Assembly (NCBI GenBank): GCA_031271405.1
Contig: JAISVT010000039.1
Span: forward strand, 36,149 to 100,148
Source: Candidatus Endomicrobium macrotermitis
Lineage (GTDB): Bacteria > Elusimicrobiota > Endomicrobiia > Endomicrobiales > Endomicrobiaceae
Length of the DNA: 64,000 bases
Reading direction: 5' to 3'
The notes beneath the pieces were generated by a model. That model made no database searches. It was not told the DNA's origin and saw only the letters and a list, made by a program, of their open reading frames with translations. Position 1 is the first letter of the stretch; each line of letters begins with the position of its first letter. A program made the translations under genes and the position numbers. This document shows positions 9,473 through 18,500 of the stretch, in pieces.

Positions 9473-10673
9473 AAAACTTGTCATTCCCATAGGTCCCCAA
9501 CACCCCGCTTTAAAAGAGCCGGCGAGTTTTGACGTTACTTTGCAGGGCGAAAAAGTCGAAAATATACTTGTAAAACTCGGTTACAATCACAGGGGAATAG
9601 AAAAAGCCTGCGAAAGCAAACCTTATTTGCACGATTTATATTTGATAGAAAGAGTCTGCGGGATATGTTCGCATTCGCATGCGACTTGTTTTTTGCAGGC
9701 TGTCGAAGAAATAGCGGGCTTGAACATTCCGATGAGGGCTAAATATATCCGTTCGCTGATAGGCGAAATGGAGAGAATACACAGCCATCTTTTGTGGCTT
9801 GGAGTGGCGGCTCACGAAATAGGCTTTGACACGCTTTTGATGTACACCTGGAGAGACAGGGAAATAATAATGGACCTGCTCGCGCTTCTTACCGGAAACA
9901 GGGTAAATTATGCGGTCAATGTGCTCGGAGGCGTAAGAAAAGATATTTCCGAAGAAGAGAAAGGCCAGATTTTAAAAGCCATGGATGTTTTGGAAGAAAG
10001 GACGAAATATTACGCGCATGTTACGACCGAAGAAATAACGATAAAGAAAAGACTTTCGAAAGTAGGCTATTTGTCGCCGGAAGACGCGGTAAAAATGGGC
10101 GCGGTAGGGCCTACGGGCAGAGCGTCGAAAATAAAGAGAGATATAAGAGCCGAAGACAAATACGCGGCTTACGGAGAAGTGGATTTTAAAGTGGTATCGG
10201 ACGACAATTGCGACGTTTACGGAAGGGCTTTGGTGCGCGTGGGCGAGCTTATGGAAGCGTATTCCATAATCAGGCAGCTTATAAAAAAACTTCCCGACAC
10301 TCCTTTAAAAGTTCCGGCTCCTTTAAAAATTCCCGCGGGCGAAGCCATAAGCAGGTACGAAGCGCCGCGCGGCGAAGACGTTCATTATGTGCGCGCAAAC
10401 GGGACGGATAAACCCGAAAGAGTGAAACTCAGAGCGCCGACTCTGGCAAACGTTCAGGCGGTGTCCACAATGCTTAAAAAAGGCTACCTTGCCGACGTTA
10501 CTATAGTAATTGCCGCCATAGATCCGTGTTTTTCATGTACTGACAGAATGATAATCGCGGTTGACGGAAAGTCCGAAATGACATGGAAACAGTTAAGAGA
10601 GCACAGCATAAACTGGTATAAGAAAAACAGAGGCGTGGACTTTACGAAAGTTAAGTTGGGAATGAAAGAATGA
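9465..10673 (+). CDS. Group 4 [NiFe]-hydrogenase large catalytic subunit (MbhL-like)
   Basis: GPQHP, HRGIEK, L1 motif ERVCGICSHSH, L2 motif DPCFSCTDR followed by a 41-aa cleavable tail. Confidence 0.95.
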   Translation: MSKKLVIPIGPQHPALKEPASFDVTLQGEKVENILVKLGYNHRGIEKACESKPYLHDLYLIERVCGICSHSHATCFLQAVEEIAGLNIPMRAKYIRSLIGEMERIHSHLLWLGVAAHEIGFDTLLMYTWRDREIIMDLLALLTGNRVNYAVNVLGGVRKDISEEEKGQILKAMDVLEERTKYYAHVTTEEITIKKRLSKVGYLSPEDAVKMGAVGPTGRASKIKRDIRAEDKYAAYGEVDFKVVSDDNCDVYGRALVRVGELMEAYSIIRQLIKKLPDTPLKVPAPLKIPAGEAISRYEAPRGEDVHYVRANGTDKPERVKLRAPTLANVQAVSTMLKKGYLADVTIVIAAIDPCFSCTDRMIIAVDGKSEMTWKQLREHSINWYKKNRGVDFTKVKLGMKE

Positions 10674-10707
10674 TGTTCAGATGCATCGCCGTTATAAAGG
10701 ATTTTAA

Positions 10708-11649
10708 ATGATTTTATCGTTAATCAAAATTTTAATTTTTCCGGGATTTTTATTCGTGTTTGTTCTCGCGCTGGCTGCGGAATATGCGGACAGAAAACTT
10801 TACGCGAGAATGCAGACAAGGATCGGGCCTCCGTGGTTTCAGCCTTTTGCGGATTTTGTAAAACTTTTGTCTAAAGAACTCATTATTCCGGAACTTGCAG
10901 ACAGGACTATTTTTAGAATACTGCCTCTTGTAGCTTGCGCCGCGGTCGCGGCCGCGTTTTTGTTTATTCCGGTGTATAATCCCGAAAGCCTGTTTTCGTT
11001 TAAAGGAAATATTGTTGCCGTAATATATATTCTTACTATACCCACGCTTACGTACTTTTTGGCCGGCTGGTATTCAAGATCTTTATATTCCCTCATAGGC
11101 TCTATGCGCGTTTTGACTCAGATGTTTTCTTATGAAGTGCCGCTTTTGATGGCGGTTTTGGCGCCCGGAATTTTGGCAAGTTCATGGACATTTTCCGAAG
11201 TTATAGCCTTTTACGGCTCAAAAGGCTCATTGTTTTGTATAAATGTTATTTCTTTCGTAGTTGCGGTAATAGCCGTGCAGGGAAAACTTGAGAAAGTTCC
11301 GTTTGACATACCCGAAGCCGAAACCGAAATAGTCGCGGGAACTTTCACCGAATATACGGGTCCTTTATACGCATATTTCAAACTTGCGATGAATATACAG
11401 ACGGTTTCGGCAGCCGCGCTTTTGGCCGCGGTTTTTATGCCGTTCGGTTATAATCTCGGGTTTATTTTGGGTATAATAATTTTTCTTTTGAAGATATTTT
11501 TAATAATAGTGATTTTAGCGGTCGTAAGAACCATATTCGCAAGAATCAGAATGGATCAAATGGTAATGTTCTGCTGGAAATACCTGACTCCGCTGGCATT
11601 GCTCCAGATTTTAATAAATATCATTATAAAAGCGGCGGCGGCACAATGA
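10708..11649 (+). CDS. NuoH/MbhM/EchB-like membrane subunit
   Basis: RKLYARMQTRIGP, DFVKLLSKE, PFDIPEAETEIVAG...EYTG. Confidence 0.92.
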   Translation: MILSLIKILIFPGFLFVFVLALAAEYADRKLYARMQTRIGPPWFQPFADFVKLLSKELIIPELADRTIFRILPLVACAAVAAAFLFIPVYNPESLFSFKGNIVAVIYILTIPTLTYFLAGWYSRSLYSLIGSMRVLTQMFSYEVPLLMAVLAPGILASSWTFSEVIAFYGSKGSLFCINVISFVVAVIAVQGKLEKVPFDIPEAETEIVAGTFTEYTGPLYAYFKLAMNIQTVSAAALLAAVFMPFGYNLGFILGIIIFLLKIFLIIVILAVVRTIFARIRMDQMVMFCWKYLTPLALLQILINIIIKAAAAQ

Positions 11650-12134
11650 AAAATATAGGAACAATTTTATTTGAAGCGTTAAAGTCGTTTTTTAAAAAGC
11701 CCGCCACCTCGCGTTATCCTTATGAAAAGCGCGGCATACACAAAAGTTTTGCGGGAATGATTTCGTTTGAGCAAAACAAATGCATAGGCTGCCAGATTTG
11801 CGTGAGGAATTGTCCCGCTAAAGCGATTAAAATAAGTAAAGCCGCGGATAAAATTTTCAGCTGCGAGCTTTACCTTGCAAATTGTATTTTTTGTTCGCAA
11901 TGCGTTATGTCGTGCCCCAAAAAGGCTTTGCACACTACCGACAATTTTGAACTTGCCCAAACGGACAAATCAAAACTTACGGTAAAACTTGAAGAACTTT
12001 CGCCGGAAAGCAAGGCTGACGTTAAACCCGAAGCCGGGAAAACGGCCGAATCCGTACAGTCTAATCAGGATGAATCCGCCGCGGATAAAGAAGCGAAAAC
12101 TTCCGGCGGGCAGCTTTCTTTACCGAACGAGTAA
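11646..12134 (+). CDS. 2x[4Fe-4S] ferredoxin-like subunit (NuoI/MbhN/EchF-like)
   Basis: CIGCQICVRNCP and CIFCSQCVMSCP. Confidence 0.93.
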   Translation: MKNIGTILFEALKSFFKKPATSRYPYEKRGIHKSFAGMISFEQNKCIGCQICVRNCPAKAIKISKAADKIFSCELYLANCIFCSQCVMSCPKKALHTTDNFELAQTDKSKLTVKLEELSPESKADVKPEAGKTAESVQSNQDESAADKEAKTSGGQLSLPNE

Positions 12135-12629
12135 ATGGATAAAATACGCGATAAAATAAAACGCTTTTTAAAAGATTCGAAAAACACGGTTTTTCTTTCA
12201 ATCGGATCTGAACTTCGCGGAGACGACGGCGCGTCTGTTTTGACCGCAAACGAACTTCTGAAAAAAGACCTTCCTTCAAATTTTAAAGTACTGCTCGGCT
12301 ATACGGCGCCCGAAAACCTTACAGGCGAAATAAAAAGAATAAAACCCACCCATATGATAATATGCGACGCGGCAAACGGCGGGCTTAAGCCCGGCGAAAT
12401 AGGCGTTATTTCCGTCAGCGACGTTGACGGCGCGGCTTTTTCGACGCATATGATGCCGATGAACGTTTTTATCGATTATATATCGCGCGATAACCCTTGT
12501 AAAACTTTGATTTTGGGCATACAGCCCGGCAGCGTGGAATTCGGGGCTGATATAACGGAAGAAGTCCGCGAAACCGCGATTGCTCTTGCGGACGCGGTTT
12601 TTGAGATTGTCAAACCCAAGAAAAAATAG
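12135..12629 (+). CDS. hycI: Hydrogenase maturation protease (HycI-like)
   Basis: IGSELRGDDG, PENLTG, ICDAA, STH; last gene of the operon. Confidence 0.9.
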   Translation: MDKIRDKIKRFLKDSKNTVFLSIGSELRGDDGASVLTANELLKKDLPSNFKVLLGYTAPENLTGEIKRIKPTHMIICDAANGGLKPGEIGVISVSDVDGAAFSTHMMPMNVFIDYISRDNPCKTLILGIQPGSVEFGADITEEVRETAIALADAVFEIVKPKKK

Positions 12630-12669
12630 ATATAATTACTTTCAAAATACGTTTTTAAGCGGAGGACGG

Positions 12670-13257
12670 ATGAAAAAAATACTGTTTGTTTGCTTTGCTT
12701 TGATTTTTGCCTCGGCCGGCGCGCAGGCTGTCAGCCTGATTCCGAAAATCGGCGTTGATATTCCTTCCACTATGGGTTATGAATACGAGCCGGATCAGGA
12801 TACTAAAATAGGCTATAACGCGGCTCTTGAGGTCCGCGGCGCAATATCCGGCTATTTTTCCTGGGGCGCGGGAGTGGAGTGTAATTTCCCGAGAGGGTTA
12901 GCCAATGTAGGCGGCGACACGGATTTTTCTTTTATTCCGGTATATGTTTCGCTTATGTTTTCGCCGCTTAAAACGTGGGGCGAGGGAGACGCCAGACCTT
13001 ATTTTAAAGCGAATGTCGGATACAGCGAATACGCTGTAAGCGATATAGGCGAAAATCCGGCCGGAGGATTGTATTACGGCGGCGGAGTAGGGACTGAATA
13101 TAAGGATTTCGTAATGGAACTTACGGCTTCCCGCTATTTCGGAAGTTATGAGAATCCCGGCACAGTAAATATCGATTATATGAAAATAAGCGTAAGTATC
13201 GGATACAAATTAGATCTGTCGAAAAACTCGGGAGATCCGGAAGAACCGGAAGAATAA
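12670..13257 (+). CDS. Outer-membrane beta-barrel protein
   Basis: SD ggagg; signal peptide AQA; beta-strand motifs FIPVYVS, PYFKANVGY, YYGGGVG, SIGYK. Confidence 0.7.
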   Translation: MKKILFVCFALIFASAGAQAVSLIPKIGVDIPSTMGYEYEPDQDTKIGYNAALEVRGAISGYFSWGAGVECNFPRGLANVGGDTDFSFIPVYVSLMFSPLKTWGEGDARPYFKANVGYSEYAVSDIGENPAGGLYYGGGVGTEYKDFVMELTASRYFGSYENPGTVNIDYMKISVSIGYKLDLSKNSGDPEEPEE

Positions 13258-13281
13258 TATAAACGCGTATAAGGGAACAAA

Positions 13282-14928
13282 ATGGCTAAATTTAAGCTTA
13301 CCGAAACTCCACAGTGGAAAAATCTTGAAAAACACAGAGAAGCAAATAAAAATCTTCACATGAGAGATTTGTTTAAAGATGACGGAAGGTTTAACGAATT
13401 TTCAATAGCAGACGAAGATTTGGGGATAACATTCGATTATTCTAAAAACATAATAAATTCCGAAACGTTTAAGCTGCTTATGGATTTCGCAAAGGCGGCA
13501 GGCGTAAACGAATACGCAAAAAAAATGTTTTCCGGAGAAAAAATCAACTGGACGGAAAAAAGGGCGGTGCTTCACACCGCATTAAGAAACGGAAGCGATA
13601 AACCGGTTTATGCGGACGGCAAAGACATTATGCCCGAAATAAACGCCGTGCTTGAAAAAATGAAGGTTTTCAGCGAAAACGTGAGAAGCGGAACATGGCT
13701 TGGCGCCACGGGCAAAAAAATCACCGACATTATAAATATAGGGATAGGCGGCTCGGATTTGGGGCCTAAAATGGTCTGCGAAGCGTTAAAATATTACGCG
13801 GACGGCCCGAACGTTCATTTTGTGTCGAATATAGACGGCGCGGATATTTACGAAACGCTGAAGAAAATAAATCCCGAAACGTCTCTTTTTATAGTCGCTT
13901 CCAAAACGTTTACGACTCTTGAGACGATGACCAACGCTTTCAGCGCGAAAAAATGGCTTACGGAAAAGCTCGGAGACAACGCGGTGGCAAGCCATTTTGC
14001 CGCTTTGTCCACAAACGGAAAAAAAGTGAAAGAGTTCGGCATAGACGAAAAAAATATGTTTGAGTTTTGGGATTTTGTCGGCGGCAGGTATTCCCTTTGG
14101 TCTGCAATAGGCCTGCCTATCGCATGTTCGGTCGGTTTTAGCAAATTTGCCGAACTGCTCGAAGGCGCCCGTTATATGGACAATCATTTTTTAAACGCGC
14201 CTTATGAAAAAAATATGCCCGTAATCATGGCCGCGCTCGGATTTTGGTATAACAACTTTTTCGGCGCGCAAAGCCACGCGGTTTTGCCTTACAGCCAGTA
14301 TCTGCACAGATTTACGGCGTATTTGCAGCAGGGCGATATGGAGTCCAACGGGAAAACCGTAAATATCGAAGGCGACAGGGTCGATTATGAAACGGGACAG
14401 ATAATTTGGGGCGAGCCCGGCACAAACGGGCAGCATTCTTTTTACCAGCTTATACATCAGGGGACGAAATTGATTCCCTGCGATTTTATAGGATTTGTGA
14501 ACCCTCCGCAAAGAGTCGAAGATCATCATGAAAAACTTATGGCAAACTTTTTTGCCCAGCCAGAAGCTTTGGCTTTCGGACTTACAAAAGAGCATGTTAT
14601 AGAAAATCTGACAAAAGCGGGACTTTCAAAAGAAGACATAGCAATGCTTGCGCCGCATAAAGAGTTTGAGGGAAATAAGCCCACAAACAGCATTTTAATC
14701 AATGAATTGACGCCAAAGACTTTGGGAGCGTTGATAGCTTTGTACGAACATAAGATTTTTACGCAGGGCGTGTTCTGGCGGGTCAACAGTTTTGACCAAT
14801 GGGGCGTGGAACTCGGCAAAGTTCTGGCAAACGCGATTCTTCCGGAGCTTCAGGGCAAAGCGGACAATTCGCATGACGTATCGACAAAAAATCTGATTAA
14901 AACATTCAAAGAAAAGAAAAAAATCTGA
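13282..14928 (+). CDS. pgi: Glucose-6-phosphate isomerase
   Basis: [64 protein letters not shown]. Confidence 0.98.
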   Translation: MAKFKLTETPQWKNLEKHREANKNLHMRDLFKDDGRFNEFSIADEDLGITFDYSKNIINSETFKLLMDFAKAAGVNEYAKKMFSGEKINWTEKRAVLHTALRNGSDKPVYADGKDIMPEINAVLEKMKVFSENVRSGTWLGATGKKITDIINIGIGGSDLGPKMVCEALKYYADGPNVHFVSNIDGADIYETLKKINPETSLFIVASKTFTTLETMTNAFSAKKWLTEKLGDNAVASHFAALSTNGKKVKEFGIDEKNMFEFWDFVGGRYSLWSAIGLPIACSVGFSKFAELLEGARYMDNHFLNAPYEKNMPVIMAALGFWYNNFFGAQSHAVLPYSQYLHRFTAYLQQGDMESNGKTVNIEGDRVDYETGQIIWGEPGTNGQHSFYQLIHQGTKLIPCDFIGFVNPPQRVEDHHEKLMANFFAQPEALAFGLTKEHVIENLTKAGLSKEDIAMLAPHKEFEGNKPTNSILINELTPKTLGALIALYEHKIFTQGVFWRVNSFDQWGVELGKVLANAILPELQGKADNSHDVSTKNLIKTFKEKKKI

Positions 14929-14957
14929 TTTTTTCACATTTTTTTCACATCAAAAAG

Positions 14958-14986
14958 TTGCCTGTCGGTTTTTTTTGATGTATAGT
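14958..14986 (+). promoter_or_regulatory. Sigma70 promoter with T8 tract in the spacer; likely leaderless transcript
   Basis: TTGCCT-N17-TATAGT with extended TG; ATG at 14993 lies at the expected +1; no SD. Confidence 0.55.
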
Positions 14987-14992
14987 TTAATT

Positions 14993-15487
14993 ATGAAAAT
15001 CAGAAAAATTATATCTATTATGATTATTTCTCTGATGATTTTGCCGTCTCTGGCAAAATCCGTTAGCGCCGATTCCGCCGTAAATCTATACGTAAACAGC
15101 GGAATAGCGGGTTATTATAATTCCATATCCAAAGCCGCGTTCGATATGACGCACAGGGTTTTGCAGGAACTCGGCGTTTCCTCGGAGCAAACTTCCAAAA
15201 AAGAAGTTCCGGCAAAAAATGAAACAGAAAACAATGATGAAGCGCAGGCCGTTATTTTAGACAATGCCTCGAAAAAGTCGGTTAAAACCATAGTTTCTTT
15301 TACTCCCGTTTTTTATGAAACGGCAAACAATTTTGAAAAGCCGGCGGTTTCGGCAAATTTTGATTTTCTTTTTGCGGGTTGGATGCTGTTTTTCGTACTG
15401 ATGTGTATTTTTTCCGTAAGAAAGAAAGATGATTGCGGAGTTTATTTCAATTATTACTATATAAGCAGACGCCCGATTGTATTATAG
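14993..15487 (+). CDS. Small hypothetical membrane protein upstream of the giant gene
   Basis: N-terminal signal/anchor (MKIRKIISIMIISLMILPSLAKSVSA) and C-terminal TM (LFAGWMLFFVLMCIFSV-RKK). Confidence 0.7.
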   Translation: MKIRKIISIMIISLMILPSLAKSVSADSAVNLYVNSGIAGYYNSISKAAFDMTHRVLQELGVSSEQTSKKEVPAKNETENNDEAQAVILDNASKKSVKTIVSFTPVFYETANNFEKPAVSANFDFLFAGWMLFFVLMCIFSVRKKDDCGVYFNYYYISRRPIVL

Positions 15488-15505
15488 ATCGGGCGTTTTC
15501 TTTTT
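15469..15505 (+). terminator. Terminator-like hairpin overlapping the stop codon of the small gene
   Basis: acgcccgat-N10-atcgggcgt followed by tttcttttt. Confidence 0.6.
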
Positions 15506-15554
15506 GCATATAAAGCATAAAAACTAAAATTTGCTGCCTTGAAAGGGGGAAAAG

Positions 15555-18500
15555 ATGTCTAAGATTATCAAGATGTTAAACTTTAAAAAGATTGTTTCCG
15601 CGGTTACGGCGGTTTGTTTCACTTTTTCGATTTTTTCGGCGAACGCTTTTGCGGCGCCCGCGCAAAGCGCGGCTCCGGCGCTTCAAACGGTCAATGCTTC
15701 TCCGGCGTTAAACCCTTCGAACTTTGTCGTTCCTTTTAACATAGGAAGGGTCACGGATTCCGTAAATTTTAAAAGCGATAAAGTTATAGTGCAAATTCAG
15801 GATTTGCACGCGCACGAGGAAACCCAGAGAAACATAGCCGGCATCCTCTCCCTTTTAGATTCAAAATATGGAATAAGCAAAGTATATGTTGAGGGCGCGG
15901 TCGGCGGCGTTGACACGTCGTGGCTTGCCGGCATTTCAAATGAAAGTTTGAAAAGCTCCATAACGGATTCGCTTCTTGCCGAAGGCGTTTTGACAGGGTC
16001 GGAATTATTTTCCGTCAATTCCGGGAAAACAAATATACTGAAAGGCATTGAAGACAGAAAAGCGTATTTGGATAATTTCCAAAGGCTTATAACGATAGAT
16101 TCGCAAAGAGACGAAATAAAATCGCTGTTTCCCGAAATCAGAATGATTCTTTCGTATTTGGCTGACAGACATTACGGGAAAGAAAACAGAAGGATCGGCT
16201 CGATCGTAAACAGATACAGGAACGGCAAAATTTCTTTTGACAAATATTTTTCTTTCCTGGTCAAAAAAGCGAAACAGCAAAACGTTTATTTCGGTTTCTA
16301 CCCTTCGATAGTTTTGTTGGCCGATATTATGAAAGTCCAAAACAGGCTCAATAAAAATAAAATTAATTCGCAGATAGCGGGCTTTTTGGAAGAACTCAAA
16401 TCCGAACTCGCGTATTCGGAGTATAAGGAACTGATAGAGTATTCGTCAAAGCCCGAAACCGAAGGAGTATTTTATTTTAAACTCGCCGAGTTTTACAATA
16501 AAGGAAATTACGGCGGAAAATATCCGGAACTTGCGAAATTTTTGCAGTTTATAGACCTTAACCAGACAATAAACCCGATAAATCTCGTAAATGAAGAAAG
16601 AGCTTTGCTGTGGGAAGTCAAAAACAAGGCCGCTGTAAACGGCAAAGAAAAAGAACTTATTTATTTGAGTTCTTTTATCGATTTGCTGGAAGGCTTTCTT
16701 GAAAACAAAATTACCGCTCCGGAATATCAGTATTTTGAAAGAGAGCTGCCTAAATTTAAAACTTTGTGGACAAAATATACCAGAATGACGGAACTTCCTG
16801 CGCTTGAACGGTATTATTCCCTGTTTGAAAGTTTTTACAAAGTCAATGTTGAGAGAAACAATATATTCGTAAAAGAAATAAGCGGCAATTTACCCGGCAC
16901 GAAAGCCTCGAATATGACGTTTTCAGGCGATATGGTGATGACCGATGCGGCGGGGCTTCTTGAAAGCGCAAAAGAAGTTGAAGTTGTAGTAACCGGAGGT
17001 TTTCACACTCAGGACGTTTCGAGAATTTTGCAAAACGCCCGCCAAAGCTATATTGTAATAACCCCAAACGTAACCCGGGACGCTGACCTTGCCGATAAAC
17101 TGTTTGCCGAAGACGTAATAAGAATTTCCAAATATATCCCGACAAATACTTTTCAGAAAGCTCTTCAGTCTGCCCGTCTGGATTTGACTGACGGCAGTGT
17201 TAAAAGCGCTGTGGGGATTTTCTTTCAAAAAGCCGTAATAGACGCTTTTAAGGCAGAAGCCGAGAAACAGCTGCAAGACAACGGTATTGACCCGTCAAAA
17301 GTCAGCGCTGCGGAATTATCGGAAGGCATAACGGAAGGCATAGAAAATTCTTCGATAAAATCGGAACTCAGTAAAAAAGGAGTCGAAGATTTTACAATCA
17401 AAGGGGTCGCCGTTAACAGTGACGGCAGTTATCTGGTAACCGTTGAATCTAAAGGGATTGAGACGGTATATTTAGTTGCTGAATCGGGCATTTCCGACGC
17501 GTCCGCAGATACCGGAAGCGCTGAAGAAAAGCCGAACGTAATTATAGCAATTGCCGGCGACATAGCTGAAGGTTTATCAAACGCGGTAAATAATATAGGT
17601 GAATTTTTCGGTTTGGCTGACAACCGCGCCGGATCTACGATAAATTTCCTTATCGCTTATGACAATTATAAAGCTTTGCCCGCGGGTTCGCAAAACAATC
17701 AAGCATACGCGGAAAACCTGAAAAGCGCCATAGATGAAGTGGAAAAACTCGGAGATAGAGTTTCGGATTCTTTAAGGCAGCAGGTTGAAGAAGCAAAAGT
17801 TCAGACCGGCTGGACGCCGGCTGCGCCGTTGCTGACTGCCGATTCCACTAAAAAAGCGTTCAGCAGGTTTTTCGGCGAGCGGTTTACAAATACGATTGTC
17901 GGACGGTTTATCGTTTCCGTCATAATTGCACCCTTCTATGAAAGAAGTAAGTTGATGGAAATTTACGAACTTCGCGGTATGGCCGATAATCCCGGACTCA
18001 ATGAAGAAGAAAGCGCGGACATTAGAAGACAGGCTGACGAGGCCCTCAGAGATTTCTTGATGGACCATGAAGATTATAAGATGGGAGAGTATGACGAAAG
18101 GGCGGCGTACAGAGCCGCATCTTCAAATATTTTCAGGATTTCCGGAAGGGCATATATAGCCGTTTTAAGAGTTACAAAAATAGAGGCATTGGCAAATTTA
18201 GCGGCAAATATTGCAAATGTGGCTGCTCATATGGCGTCGAATTTCGCGGGGATAACAAAAGGCGGAATTGTTTTGACAAGAGACGCGGAAGCAGTCGCAG
18301 TGCCGAATGAGCAGCAAATTTCCGCGTTATTGTCATCTATGAATTTAAGCGCGGAAAATGAAAGAACATTCAGAGAGATTATAGGGATATTGATCGAATT
18401 GAATGATACAAATGCTTTGGACGCAATATTTAACAAAGCAAATAACGAAAATAGAATTGAGCTGCTTTCCGCATTGGCTGAATTGAACAACCGCCGCAGT

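Noticed and set aside
2532-12134. NADH:quinone oxidoreductase (complex I) operon
   Set aside because: No NuoE/F/G; the NuoD-like subunit has both Ni-binding CxxC motifs and a maturation protease follows.
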